Of a DNA stretch of 64,000 bases, positions 17,238-27,372 are shown piece by piece. Both the position numbers and the translations under genes were made by a program. Below the pieces are notes generated by a model, which saw only the letters and a program-made list of their open reading frames with translations, made no database searches and was not told the DNA's origin. This stretch comes from an uncultured Actinomycetota bacterium. Its GTDB lineage: Bacteria; Actinomycetota; Actinomycetes; Actinomycetales; CAVURS01. The stretch spans positions 56,097 through 120,096 of the forward strand of contig CAWIBR010000019.1 of assembly GCA_963834425.1 (NCBI GenBank), read 5' to 3'. Positions within the stretch are counted from its first letter, which is position 1. Every line of letters begins with the position of its first letter.

Positions 17238-18791
17238 CTAGAGCGAGCGCAGGGCCAGGAAGACGTCGACCCGGTCCTCGAGGCTGGACAGGTCGCGCCC
17301 AGTCAGCTCCTCGACCCGGCCGATCCGGTAGCGCACGGTGTTGACGTGCAGGTGCAGCGCCTCCGCCGTCCGCGACCACGATCCGGAGTTCTCCAGGAAC
17401 GCCCACAACGTCTCGCGGAGGCCGGCGTCGCTGCGCTCGTCGTACTCCAGCACCGGGCCGACCACGCGGGCGGCGAAGGCCCGGCGCAGCTCGTCCGGCA
17501 CCATCGCGAGCAGTGCGCCGTACGTCGTGACGTCCTGGCTGGCGACCAGGCTCACCTCCCCGTCGCGCTGCTCGGCCAGGCGGCTGGCGTGCCGAGCCTC
17601 ATCCAATGCGCCGGAGAGCGCTTCAGGTGTCGTGGGCGCTCCGACCCCGATGACGAACCGAGAACGGCCGAGCCCGGGACTGAGTCGGGCCAGGCCCTCC
17701 CGCAGCTCCGGCAACGGATCCGTGCGCTCGTCGGCCAACGGCAACAACGCCACGGCGCGGCCGTCCGAGGTCACGCCGACGACCGGCGGACCGATCAGCG
17801 CGGCCAGGTCCTCGAGCATGGAGCGCGCGATCTCCACCAGGTCGGGGCGACCGGCGATCGCGCCCACGGCCACCATGATCCGGCCGGATACATCGACGCC
17901 CGCCTGCTTCAGCCGGACGAGCGTCTCCGGCCGGCCGGCCGTCTCGGTCTCGAGCAGGATCAGCGCGTCGTCGGCGATGCCGCGCACGATCCGCTGACTC
18001 TCCTCGCGACGGGCCCGGTGCAACGCGACGATGGCTGCGAGCTCGCCGACGGCGTCGACCAGCGCCGGATCCCACAGCGACCAGGTGCCGTCGACGACGA
18101 CGAACCAGGTCGAAGGCCGGTGCGCCAGTGAGGGCCCGGCCGGGAAGACGCTGTACGCCGCATTGCCCCGACCGGCGGCAACAGCCGGAAGCCGTTCGGC
18201 GGTCAGGAAGGTCCGGGTCACCCGGTCCAGGTCAGCCGGCGGCAACGGCTCCTCACCGGCGACGATCCGCCGTCCGGACGGCGTCAACACCCGGCAGGTC
18301 AGGCCGGTCTCCTGCTCCAGCTGATGGGTGAGCTCGCGCAGGTCGCGACCATCGGCGAAGGCGCTGAGCAACCGGCGCTGGCGGCCGAGGGTCGCCCGGA
18401 GCTCAGCCTCCCGGGTCACGCTCACCGCGGCGACCACCTGCTCGGTGATCTGGGCGAAGGCCACCTCGTTGGCGACCCAGACGATGGGCAGGTCGTGCCG
18501 CTGGCAGGCCTGGACCAGATCTGTTGGGGCTCCACTGCCCTCGCCGGCGTTGCCGACGGCCAGCCCGGCCGCGCCCGCAGCGGTGATATTGGCGACGAAC
18601 CGTTCGCTGTCGGCCGGCTCCTGCCGCCAGAGCATTCCGCTGATGACCAGCTCGCCACCGGAGAGGTAGCGGCTCGGGTCCAGCAGGTCCGTCGTACAGA
18701 CCCAGCGCAGCGCTCGGTCCAGCTGCTCGTCCGTCCCGGACAGCAACTCCAAGCCCAGCGCCGGCACGCTGAGCAGTTCCCGCAACCGCAT
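17238..18791 (-). CDS. pucR: PucR-family transcriptional regulator (purine catabolism)
   Basis: 517 aa with an N-terminal PucR-like sensory region and a C-terminal HTH: LRETLWAFLENSGSWSRTAEALHLHVNTVRYRIGRVEELTGRDL. Confidence 0.85.
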   Translation of the reverse strand: MRLRELLSVPALGLELLSGTDEQLDRALRWVCTTDLLDPSRYLSGGELVISGMLWRQEPADSERFVANITAAGAAGLAVGNAGEGSGAPTDLVQACQRHDLPIVWVANEVAFAQITEQVVAAVSVTREAELRATLGRQRRLLSAFADGRDLRELTHQLEQETGLTCRVLTPSGRRIVAGEEPLPPADLDRVTRTFLTAERLPAVAAGRGNAAYSVFPAGPSLAHRPSTWFVVVDGTWSLWDPALVDAVGELAAIVALHRARREESQRIVRGIADDALILLETETAGRPETLVRLKQAGVDVSGRIMVAVGAIAGRPDLVEIARSMLEDLAALIGPPVVGVTSDGRAVALLPLADERTDPLPELREGLARLSPGLGRSRFVIGVGAPTTPEALSGALDEARHASRLAEQRDGEVSLVASQDVTTYGALLAMVPDELRRAFAARVVGPVLEYDERSDAGLRETLWAFLENSGSWSRTAEALHLHVNTVRYRIGRVEELTGRDLSSLEDRVDVFLALRSL

Positions 18792-18947
18792 GTGCCCCTT
18801 TTCTCCTTTCGCCCCCCTTGGCGAAACCTACAACCTCTCCTCACCCTAGGCCCGCGGCGTTCGTAGGCCGTGCCGGTGGGTTAGCGCCCTGGAGCGCGGT
18901 TGACTGGACCGCACCCTGGACGGATCCCTGAGCCGAAGGAGTCCGTG

Positions 18948-20339
18948 ATGCCCACTGCCACCACGGGATCCCTCGTCATCGAGGGCGCCGATGTCGTGAC
19001 CGTCGACGCCGAGGGCACGCGGCACTCGCGCGGGCACGTCGTGGTGGAGGACGGCATCATCACGGCCGTCGGGCCGGGGCCTGCTCCCGCATTGGGCGCC
19101 GGTCTCTCAGAGGTCCGCCGGGTCGACGGGACGCACTGCGCGCTGACGCCCGGCCTGGTCAACGTGCACCACCACCTCTATCAGTGGGCGACGCGCGGAC
19201 TCGCCGTCGACGCCACGCTCTTCGGCTGGCTGACGGCGCTCTACCCGGTCTGGGGCGGGATCGACGAGGACACCGTGCGCACCGCCTCGATCGGGGCTCT
19301 GGGCTGGCTGGCCCGCACCGGTTGCACCACGACAACCGATCATCACTACGTCTTCCCCCACGAGGGCGGCGACGTCCTTGGTGCCACCATCGAGGCGGCG
19401 CGCACGATCGGTCTGCGCTTCCACCCGACCCGCGGTTCGATGGACCTGGGGCACAGCCAAGGCGGCCTGCCGCCGGATCATGTGGTCGAGGGCATCGACG
19501 CGATCCTGAGCGCCAGCCAGGAGGCGATCGACAAGCACCACGACCCGGGCCCTGGATCGATGCTGCGGATGGGCCTGGCGCCCTGCTCGCCCTTCTCGGT
19601 CACCGGCGACCTCTTGCGAGAGTCGGCCGATCTGGCCCGGACCAACAACGTCCGGCTGCACACCCATCTGTGCGAGACGCAGGACGAGGAGGCCTACTGC
19701 CTCGAGCATTTCGGCCTCCGGCCGATCGAGTACGCCGAGTCGCTCGGCTGGCTGGGCCCGGACGTGTGGTTCGCGCACGCGGTCCATCTCTCCGACGATG
19801 ACATCGCGCGGATGGCGGCGACCGGCACGTCCGCGGCCCACTGTCCGTCGTCCAACGCACGACTCGGGTCGGGCATCGCGCGGGCGCGCGACCTGCGCGA
19901 TGCCGGGGTCGCCGTCGGCCTGGGGGTCGATGGCGTGGCCTCCAACGAGGCCGGGTCGTTGATCGAGGAGGTCCGGCACTCGCTGCTCTTCGCCCGGGCC
20001 CGCGGCGGCCCGGAGGCGTTGACCGTGATGGACGCTCTCGAGATGGCCACGATGGGCGGTGCCCGCGTGGTCGGCCGGGCCGATGAGATCGGCTCGATCG
20101 AGGTCGGCAAGCTCGCCGATCTCGCGCTGTGGCGGATGGACACGATGGCGCACTACGACATCGAGGACGCCGTCGCCGGCTTGGTCCTCGGCTCGCCACC
20201 CCCGCTCGAACTGCTCCTCGTCGCCGGCCGGCCGGTGGTCGAGCGCGACCATCTGGTGGCCGTGGACGAGGACCAGGTGGCCCGAGACGTCCGGGCCGCT
20301 CATCAGACCCTGATCGCCCGAGCGGAAGCGAGCCCCTGA
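18948..20339 (+). CDS. amidohydrolase-superfamily deaminase, 8-oxoguanine deaminase-like
   Basis: The ATG at 18948 follows GAAGGAG. Motifs: PGLVNVHHHLYQWATRG...LFGWLTALYPVW...TGCTTTTDHHYVFP...HTHLCET...HAVHL...GVDGVASN. Confidence 0.75.
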   Translation: MPTATTGSLVIEGADVVTVDAEGTRHSRGHVVVEDGIITAVGPGPAPALGAGLSEVRRVDGTHCALTPGLVNVHHHLYQWATRGLAVDATLFGWLTALYPVWGGIDEDTVRTASIGALGWLARTGCTTTTDHHYVFPHEGGDVLGATIEAARTIGLRFHPTRGSMDLGHSQGGLPPDHVVEGIDAILSASQEAIDKHHDPGPGSMLRMGLAPCSPFSVTGDLLRESADLARTNNVRLHTHLCETQDEEAYCLEHFGLRPIEYAESLGWLGPDVWFAHAVHLSDDDIARMAATGTSAAHCPSSNARLGSGIARARDLRDAGVAVGLGVDGVASNEAGSLIEEVRHSLLFARARGGPEALTVMDALEMATMGGARVVGRADEIGSIEVGKLADLALWRMDTMAHYDIEDAVAGLVLGSPPPLELLLVAGRPVVERDHLVAVDEDQVARDVRAAHQTLIARAEASP

Positions 20340-20341
20340 GC

Positions 20342-20737
20342 ATGCCCTTGATCTTCCTCAACGGCACCGGAATGGCCGGCCAGGCGACGCACTGGATCGT
20401 CGGCGACAGCCCGCTCGTCGCCGCGACCTCGACGGCGCCGCGCTACCGGTTTCACGCCGTCGACGGCGCCTACCCTGCGTTGGAGGACGTCGGGCCCGGC
20501 CACCCCGAGGGCGCGAGCGTGGTGGGCGAGATCTACGACGTGTCCTACGCCCAGCTCCGGGAGGTACTGCTGCCGGCCGAGCCGGCCGGGCTCGAGCTCG
20601 GCGCGATCGAGCTCGCTGACGGCACCGGCTCACTCGCGATGATCCTGCGCCGCCCCTACTCCGACCAGCCCGACCTCACCGACATCAGCCGGCTCGGGTC
20701 GTGGCGCGACTACCAGAACGAGAGGCATGAACCATGA
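20342..20737 (+). CDS. gamma-glutamylcyclotransferase-fold (AIG2-like / allophanate-hydrolase C-terminal-like) protein
   Basis: Internal ATG of track ORF 20129..20737. MPLIFLNGTGMAGQ...RYRFHAVDGAYPALEDV...VVGEIYDVSYAQLREVL...IELADG matches the GGCT-like pattern. The stop overlaps the allantoicase start in an ATGA junction. Confidence 0.5.
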   Translation: MPLIFLNGTGMAGQATHWIVGDSPLVAATSTAPRYRFHAVDGAYPALEDVGPGHPEGASVVGEIYDVSYAQLREVLLPAEPAGLELGAIELADGTGSLAMILRRPYSDQPDLTDISRLGSWRDYQNERHEP

Positions 20738-21777
20738 GCCCCAGTGACGCTCCCGACTTCCGATCGCTGCCCGACCTGGCCGTCCGCACGCTGGGCGGCA
20801 GCGTCGTCTGGGCCAACGACGAGCTCTTCGCCGAGCGGGAGAACCTGCTCCGGCCAGAGGCTCCGGTCCACGACCTGAGCAGCTTCGGTCACAAGGGCAA
20901 GGTGTACGACGGGTGGGAGACCCGTCGCCGGCGCGAGCCCGGCTTCGACGAGGCACTGATTCGGCTGGGAGCACCCGGCGTGGTCCACGGCGTGGTCGTC
21001 GACACGGCGTACTTCAAGGGCAACTACCCGCCGGAGGTGTCGGTCGACGCGACCTCGATGGCCGGGTATCCGAGCGTGGCTGACCTACACGCGGCGACCT
21101 GGGAGCCGATCGTGCCGCGCTCGCCGGCGAAGGGCGACGCCGAGAACTTCTATGAGACCGACCCGTCGCGGCGCTGGACCCACGTCCGGCTGCGGATGTA
21201 CCCCGACGGCGGCATCGCGCGGCTGCGCGTGCACGGCGAGGCCCTGCCCGACCCGGCCTTGCTGGACGTCGGCGGCGTCGACCTGGCCGCGCTGGAGAAC
21301 GGCGGCCTGGTGATCGGTTGCTCGAACCTCTTCTACAGCTCGCCCAACAACCTGCTCAGCCCCGGACTGGCCCGGATCATGGGCGAGGGCTGGGAGACCG
21401 CGCGGCGCCGCGACGACGGCAACGACTGGGTCATCGTGCGGCTCGCCGGTGACGGCGTCGTCCGGCTGGCCGAGCTGGACACGATGTACTTCAAGGGCAA
21501 CGCACCCGGCGCGGCCTCGCTGTCCGGCTTCGACGGGCTGGCCGGCGGGGACCTGTCCGACCCGCAGGCCTGGTTCGAGATCCTGCCGCGGACCCGGCTC
21601 GAGCCGGACACCCGGCACCGGTTCCTGATCGACGACGCGCGGCACGCGACGCACGTGCGGATGGACATCTACCCGGACGGCGGGATGGCGCGGCTGCGGC
21701 TGATCGGCGCCCTCAGCGCCGAAGGGCGAGCCGAGCTGGGCGAGCGGTGGCGACGCCATGGTGGCGAGCGCAGCTAG
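20734..21777 (+). CDS. alc: allantoicase
   Basis: Two allantoicase repeats: VVWANDELFAERENLL...DGWETRRRR...DTAYFKGNYPPE...MYPDGGIARLRVHG and ...GWETARRRDDGNDW...DTMYFKGNAPG...IYPDGGMARLRL. Confidence 0.9.
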   Translation: MSPSDAPDFRSLPDLAVRTLGGSVVWANDELFAERENLLRPEAPVHDLSSFGHKGKVYDGWETRRRREPGFDEALIRLGAPGVVHGVVVDTAYFKGNYPPEVSVDATSMAGYPSVADLHAATWEPIVPRSPAKGDAENFYETDPSRRWTHVRLRMYPDGGIARLRVHGEALPDPALLDVGGVDLAALENGGLVIGCSNLFYSSPNNLLSPGLARIMGEGWETARRRDDGNDWVIVRLAGDGVVRLAELDTMYFKGNAPGAASLSGFDGLAGGDLSDPQAWFEILPRTRLEPDTRHRFLIDDARHATHVRMDIYPDGGMARLRLIGALSAEGRAELGERWRRHGGERS

Positions 21778-21826
21778 GGCTGTTGACGAGCCGGTGACGA
21801 GCTGAGTGGCGAGCTCAGTGGCTTAC

Positions 21827-22618
21827 TCAGTGGTTGGCCGTGGACTCGGCCAGGTCCGCGACCAGGCCGACGGTCGCGGCCACGAGCACGGGCGCGATCT
21901 GAGCGACCCGCTCCGCGGTGAGCCGGCTCGACGGGCCGGACACCGAGATGCCCGCGTTGCCCGGCAACCGGCTCGGGACAGGGACTGCGACGCAGCGGAC
22001 GCCGTCCTCCTGCTCGGCATCGTCGATGGCGTAGCCGCGGGCCCGGATCACGGCCAGCTCGGCGATCAGCTCCTCCGGCGAGGTGATCGTGTGCTCGGTC
22101 TGCGCCGGCATACCGGTGCGGGCCAGGATCGCCCGGACCTGATCGTCGGACAGGACCGAGAGCAGCGCCTTGCCCACCCCGGTGCAGTGCGGCAGCACCC
22201 GGCGACCGACCTCGGTGAACATCCGCATCGAGTGCGGCGAGGGCGCCTGCGCGACGTACACCACGGCATCGGCGTCCAGGACCGCCAGGTTCGCACTCTC
22301 CCCCACCTGTTCGACGACGCGCACCAGGTGCGGCACAGCCCAGTCGGCGAGCAGGTGCTCGGCGGCCGCGCCGAGCCGGACCAGGCTGGGCCCCAGCGCG
22401 TAGCGCCGCGAGGGCAGCTGGCGGACGTAACCGCCGGTGACCAGCGAGCGCACCAGCCGGTGGATCGTCGGCAGCGGCAGGCCGGTCGTGCTGGCGAGCT
22501 CGGAGATGCTGGCCGACCCACCCGCGTCGGCCAGCCGTTCGAGCAGGCCGAAGGCCCGGTCCAGGGACTGGACGCCGCTGCTGGTCTCTCCAGGTCGATC
22601 CGGTCGATCGACTGCCAT
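21827..22618 (-). CDS. IclR-family transcriptional regulator (AllR-like by context)
   Basis: VQSLDRAFGLLERLA...ISELASTTGLPLPTIHRLVRSLV plus the IclR effector domain. I prefer the ATG at 22618 (AGGAG 5 nt upstream); an alternative GTG lies at 22624. Confidence 0.85.
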   Translation of the reverse strand: MAVDRPDRPGETSSGVQSLDRAFGLLERLADAGGSASISELASTTGLPLPTIHRLVRSLVTGGYVRQLPSRRYALGPSLVRLGAAAEHLLADWAVPHLVRVVEQVGESANLAVLDADAVVYVAQAPSPHSMRMFTEVGRRVLPHCTGVGKALLSVLSDDQVRAILARTGMPAQTEHTITSPEELIAELAVIRARGYAIDDAEQEDGVRCVAVPVPSRLPGNAGISVSGPSSRLTAERVAQIAPVLVAATVGLVADLAESTANH

Positions 22619-22657
22619 GATCACTCCTGCTATCGTCTTTCCACCAACCAGAAATAA

Positions 22658-22676
22658 TTTTCCGTCTCACGGAAAC
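22658..22676. promoter_or_regulatory. imperfect inverted repeat, candidate IclR operator
   Basis: TTTTCCGT-ctc-ACGGAAAC, 7 of 8 arm positions complementary, in an AT-rich 70-nt divergent gap between the IclR gene and hyi. Confidence 0.45.
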
Positions 22677-22694
22677 TATCGGAGGGTACGCCGG

Positions 22695-23510
22695 ATGTCC
22701 AGCCATCTGCGCTACACGGTCAACTGCTCGATGCTCTTCACCGAGCTGCCGCTGCTCGAACGCCCGGCGGCCGCGCGGGCCGCCGGGTTCGACGCGGTCG
22801 AGTTCTGGTGGCCGTTCGCCGAGGCGGTGCCTTCCGACGGTGACGTCGAGGCGTTCATCACGGCGGTCCAGGACGCCGGGGTGCAGCTGACCGGGCTCAA
22901 CTTCTTCGCCGGTGACATGCCGGGCGGCGATCGGGGCCTGGTGTCCTGGCCGGCGCGGCAGCGGGAGTTCCGAGACAACATCGACGTGGTGGCGGGCATC
23001 GCCGACCGGCTCGGCACGCGAGCCTTCAACGCGCTCTACGGCAACCGGGTCGAGGACTCCACGGCCCAGCTGCAGGACGAGGTGGCGATCGAGAACCTCG
23101 TGGCCGCGGGCACTGCGGTCGGCGCGTTTGGGGGCATCGTGTTGCTCGAGCCGGTCAGTGGTGCGCCGCGCTACCCGATCCTCACCGCGGCCGAAGCGCT
23201 GGCCGTGATCGACGGTGCGCATCGAGGGGGCGTCGACAACGTGCGGCTGCTGGCCGATCTCTATCACCTGTCGGTCAACGGCGACGACCTCGATGATGTC
23301 TGCGCCAACGTCGGACCGATCGGGCACGTGCAGATCGCCGACGCGCCGGGCCGGGGCGAGCCGGGGAGCGGCTCGCTGGACCTCGAGGGCTACCTGACGA
23401 CCTTGGCCACCAACGGCTACGACGGCTACGTCGGGCTGGAGTACAAGCCGACGACGACCACCGAGGAGAGCCTGTCCTGGCTGCCTCGCGAGAGGAGAGC
23501 ATCCGCATGA
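22695..23510 (+). CDS. hyi: hydroxypyruvate isomerase
   Basis: Internal ATG at 22695. LRYTVNCSMLFTELPLLERPAAARAAGFDAVEFWWPF...LLEPVS...HVQIADAPGRGEPG, a TIM-barrel xylose-isomerase-like fold. Confidence 0.85.
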   Translation: MSSHLRYTVNCSMLFTELPLLERPAAARAAGFDAVEFWWPFAEAVPSDGDVEAFITAVQDAGVQLTGLNFFAGDMPGGDRGLVSWPARQREFRDNIDVVAGIADRLGTRAFNALYGNRVEDSTAQLQDEVAIENLVAAGTAVGAFGGIVLLEPVSGAPRYPILTAAEALAVIDGAHRGGVDNVRLLADLYHLSVNGDDLDDVCANVGPIGHVQIADAPGRGEPGSGSLDLEGYLTTLATNGYDGYVGLEYKPTTTTEESLSWLPRERRASA

Positions 23511-24415
23511 GCACCATCGCCTTCATCGGACTGGGCATCATGGGCGGCCCGATGGCCGGCCACCTGGTCAAGGCCGGGCACGACGTCGTCGGTTACAACC
23601 TGAGCCGGCCCCCCGTCGACCGGCTGGTCGAAGCCGGCGGCCGCGGCGCCGACAGCATCGCCGAGGCGGTCCGCGAGGCGGACGTCGTCATCACGATGGT
23701 GCCGGACAGCCCCGACGTCGAGCTGGTCGCTCAGGGCGACGGCGGGATCTTCGCCTCGGCCCGGCCGGGCACGCTCTACATCGACTGTTCCTCGATCCGC
23801 CCGGACGTGGCGGCATCGGTTGCGGCAGAGGGCAAGTCGAAGGGGTTCCGGGTTGTCGATGCGCCAGTGAGCGGCGGCGACGTGGGCGCGATCAACGCGA
23901 CGCTGTCGATCATGGTCGGCGGCGACTCCGACGACGTGGCCGCGGCCCTGCCGATCCTGGAGTCGGTCGGCAAGACCATCGTCCACGTCGGCCCAGCCGG
24001 TGCCGGACAAACGGTGAAGGCGGCCAACCAGCTGATCGTGGCCGGCACCATCGAGCTGGTCGCGGAGTCGATCGTCTTCCTGGAGGCCTACGGCGTCGAC
24101 ATGGAGGCCGCGATCAGGGTCCTGGCCGGCGGCCTGGCCGGCAACCAGATCCTGGAGCGCAAGGCGCCGAACATGCTCAAGCGCGAGTTCGCCCCGGGCT
24201 TCCGGATCGACCTGCACCACAAGGACATGGGCATCGTCACCTCCGCGGCTCGCGAGGCCGGCGTGGCCATCCCACTGGGTGCGCTCACCGCCCAGCTGGT
24301 CGGGGCCGCTCGGGCCGAGGGCCACGGTGGCCTGGACCACTCGGCCCTCCTGCTGCTCGTCGAGCAGCTCTCCGGTCGGTCTTCGCAGAACTCTTCGAAC
24401 AGCAAGGACAACTGA
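23507..24415 (+). CDS. glxR: 2-hydroxy-3-oxopropionate (tartronate semialdehyde) reductase
   Basis: [17 protein letters not shown] Rossmann motif and DAPVSGG...[15 protein letters not shown] overlap with hyi. Confidence 0.85.
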   Translation: MSTIAFIGLGIMGGPMAGHLVKAGHDVVGYNLSRPPVDRLVEAGGRGADSIAEAVREADVVITMVPDSPDVELVAQGDGGIFASARPGTLYIDCSSIRPDVAASVAAEGKSKGFRVVDAPVSGGDVGAINATLSIMVGGDSDDVAAALPILESVGKTIVHVGPAGAGQTVKAANQLIVAGTIELVAESIVFLEAYGVDMEAAIRVLAGGLAGNQILERKAPNMLKREFAPGFRIDLHHKDMGIVTSAAREAGVAIPLGALTAQLVGAARAEGHGGLDHSALLLLVEQLSGRSSQNSSNSKDN

Positions 24416-24416
24416 C

Positions 24417-26192
24417 ATGGCCCGCATGCGCGCGATCGAAGCCGCCGTCCTGATCCTGGAGAAGGAAGGCGCCACCCAGGCGTTCGGCCTCCCCGGCGCG
24501 GCGATCAACCCGCTGTACGCCGCAATGCGCAAGTTCGGGACGATCAAGCACGTCCTGGCCCGGCACGTCGAGGGTGCCTCGCACATGGCCGAGGGCTACA
24601 CCCGGGCCAAGGCCGGCAATATCGGCGTCTGCATCGGCACCAGCGGCCCGGCCGGCACCGACATGATCACCGGGCTCTACTCGGCCTCGGCCGACTCGAT
24701 CCCGATCCTGTGCATCACTGGGCAGGCGCCGGTGGCCCGGCTGCACAAGGAGGACTTCCAGGCCGTCGACATCTCGGCCATCGCTGCGCCGGTGACCAAG
24801 CTCGCGATGACCGTCCTCGAGCCGGCCCAGGTGCCGGGCGCCTTCCAGCAGGCGTTCCACCTGATGCGGTCCGGCCGGCCCGGGCCGGTGCTGCTCGACC
24901 TGCCGTTCGACGTGCAGATGGCCGAGATCGAGTTCGACATCGAGACCTACCAGCCGTTGCCGGTCTACAAGCCGGCCGCGACGCGGGCCCAGGCCGAGAA
25001 GGCGCTGGACATGCTGGCCGCGGCCGAGCGTCCGCTGATCGTGGCCGGCGGCGGGATCATCAACGCCGACGCGTCCGAGCTCCTGGTCGAGCTGGCCGAA
25101 ACCCTCGACGTACCAGTCATTCCCACGTTGATGGGCTGGGGGATCATCCCGGACGACCACCCGCTGATGGCGGGGATGGTCGGCCTACAGACGTCGCACC
25201 GCTACGGCAACGCGACCATGCTGGAGTCGGACTTCGTCTTCGGCATCGGCAACCGCTGGGCCAACCGGCACACCGGCGGCCTGGACGTCTACCGCGGCGA
25301 GCGGACCTTCGTCCACGTCGACATCGAGCCGACCCAGATCGGGCGGGTCTTCCCGCCGGATTACAGCATCGTCTCCGACGCCAAGGCCGCGCTCGAGCAG
25401 CTGGTCGCGGTGGCCAAGGAACGCCAGGCGGCCGGGTCGTTGCCCGACCGCAGCGCGTGGGGCGACGCCTGCCGGGAGCGGAAGCGCACGATGCTGCGCA
25501 AGACCCACTTCGACAACATCCCGGTCAAGCCGCAGCGGGTCTACGAGGAGATGACCCGGGCCTTCGGTCGGGACGTGAAGTACGTCAGCACCATCGGCCT
25601 GTCCCAGATAGCCGGCGCCCAGTTCCTGCACGTCTACAAGCCGCGGCACTGGATCAACTGCGGTCAGGCCGGCCCGCTCGGGTGGACCATTCCGGCCACC
25701 CTGGGCGTCGTCGCAGCTGACCCGGACGCCACGGTCGTCGCGCTGTCCGGTGACTACGACTTCCAGTTCATGATCGAGGAGCTGGCGGTGGGCGCGCAGT
25801 TCAACCTGCCCTACCTGCACGTCGTGGTGAACAACTCCTACCTCGGGCTGATCCGGCAGAGCCAGCGCGGCTTCGAGATGGACTACTGCGTGCAGCTCGC
25901 CTTCGACAACGTCAACTCCCCCGAGCTCCAGGGCTACGGCGTCGACCACGTCAAGGTCGCCGAAGGTCTGGGCTGCAAGGCGGTTCGGGTCACCGAGCCC
26001 GACCGGCTGCCGGAGGCGTTCGAGCAGGCGTTCAAGCTGATGGCCGAGTTCCGCGTGCCGGTCGTCGTCGAGGTGATCCTGGAGAAGGTCACCAACATCT
26101 CGATGGGCACCGAGCTCGACAACGTCACCGAGTTCGAGGACCTGGCCACTCGCGGCGAGGACGCCCCGATGGCGATCTCGATGCTGGACTGA
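24417..26192 (+). CDS. gcl: glyoxylate carboligase (tartronate-semialdehyde synthase)
   Basis: Internal ATG at 24417. [34 protein letters not shown]..., and the ThDP motif [33 protein letters not shown]. Confidence 0.92.
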   Translation: MARMRAIEAAVLILEKEGATQAFGLPGAAINPLYAAMRKFGTIKHVLARHVEGASHMAEGYTRAKAGNIGVCIGTSGPAGTDMITGLYSASADSIPILCITGQAPVARLHKEDFQAVDISAIAAPVTKLAMTVLEPAQVPGAFQQAFHLMRSGRPGPVLLDLPFDVQMAEIEFDIETYQPLPVYKPAATRAQAEKALDMLAAAERPLIVAGGGIINADASELLVELAETLDVPVIPTLMGWGIIPDDHPLMAGMVGLQTSHRYGNATMLESDFVFGIGNRWANRHTGGLDVYRGERTFVHVDIEPTQIGRVFPPDYSIVSDAKAALEQLVAVAKERQAAGSLPDRSAWGDACRERKRTMLRKTHFDNIPVKPQRVYEEMTRAFGRDVKYVSTIGLSQIAGAQFLHVYKPRHWINCGQAGPLGWTIPATLGVVAADPDATVVALSGDYDFQFMIEELAVGAQFNLPYLHVVVNNSYLGLIRQSQRGFEMDYCVQLAFDNVNSPELQGYGVDHVKVAEGLGCKAVRVTEPDRLPEAFEQAFKLMAEFRVPVVVEVILEKVTNISMGTELDNVTEFEDLATRGEDAPMAISMLD

Positions 26193-26208
26193 GCCAGACT
26201 CCTCTGCC

Positions 26209-27372
26209 ATGAGCGACGACGCTGGGCTCTCCGGTGACCGATCCGTGCGGTCGGGCCCGACGGGTCACGTGATCGTCGCCCCGGACAAGTTCAAGGGGTC
26301 ATTGACGGCCGGGCAGGTCGGAGCGGCCGTGCGCGCCGGCCTGCTGGCGGTCGACCCAGACCTGGATGTGCGGGTGCTGCCGGTCGCCGACGGCGGTGAC
26401 GGCACGCTGGACGCGGCCGTGGGAGCCGGCTTCCGCCGGCTGTCGGTGCAGGTGACCGGACCGATCGGCGAGCCCGTGCTCGCCGCGATCGCGGTCCGCG
26501 ACGAGGTGGCCGTCGTCGAGCTGGCTCTCGCCTCCGGGCTGGTGCTGATCCCGGTCGAGGAGCTAGAACCCTTGACGGCCAACAGTTTCGGCACCGGCGA
26601 GCTCGTCGCGGCCGCGCTCGACCAGGGGTGCACCCAGATCATCCTCGGCGTCGGCGGCAGCGCCAGCACCGACGGCGGCGCGGGCCTGCTGCAGGCTCTG
26701 GGCGCCCGGTTCCTGGACCACGAGGGCGAGGAGCTGCCGCTCGGCGGCGGCTCCCTGATCCGGCTCTACGAGGTCGACCTGTCCGAGCTCGACTGGCGCC
26801 TGGACGGCGTCGAGTTCATCTTGGCCAGCGACGTCGACAACCCGCTGCTCGGCCCGCGCGGAGCGGCCCACGTCTACGGGCCGCAGAAGGGCGCGACCCC
26901 CGACGACGTCGAGTTGCTGGACGTCGGGCTGGGTCGGCTGGCCGACGCGATCGACCCGGGTGCGGCCGACATCCCCGGAGCGGGTGCCGCCGGCGGGGTC
27001 GGTTTCGCCGCGCTGAGCGTGCTCCGGGCCACGCCGAGTCCGGGCATCGAGGTCGTGCTGGAGCTGATCGACTTCGACAGTCAGCTCGACGGCGCGCGGC
27101 TGGTCATCACCGGCGAAGGACGGCTGGACGAGCAGACCCTGCACGGCAAGGCGCCCGCCGGGGTGGCTGACGCGGCCGAGGCGGCGGGCGTCCCGGTCGT
27201 GGCCGTTTCCGGAGGCCGTGACCTGGACGACGACCGCCTGCACGCGGCCGGGTTCGTCGCGGCGTACGCGCTGACCGACCTGGAACCCGACGTACAGAAA
27301 TGCATCGCGGCGCCGGTGCCGCTGCTCGAGCGGCTCGGCCGGCTGATCGCCGAGGACCAGCTCGGCGGATGA
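26209..27372 (+). CDS. glxK: glycerate kinase
   Basis: VIVAPDKFKGSLTA...LPVADGGDGT...GVGGSASTDGGAGLLQALG...ITGEGRLDEQTLHGKAP. Confidence 0.88.
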   Translation: MSDDAGLSGDRSVRSGPTGHVIVAPDKFKGSLTAGQVGAAVRAGLLAVDPDLDVRVLPVADGGDGTLDAAVGAGFRRLSVQVTGPIGEPVLAAIAVRDEVAVVELALASGLVLIPVEELEPLTANSFGTGELVAAALDQGCTQIILGVGGSASTDGGAGLLQALGARFLDHEGEELPLGGGSLIRLYEVDLSELDWRLDGVEFILASDVDNPLLGPRGAAHVYGPQKGATPDDVELLDVGLGRLADAIDPGAADIPGAGAAGGVGFAALSVLRATPSPGIEVVLELIDFDSQLDGARLVITGEGRLDEQTLHGKAPAGVADAAEAAGVPVVAVSGGRDLDDDRLHAAGFVAAYALTDLEPDVQKCIAAPVPLLERLGRLIAEDQLGG

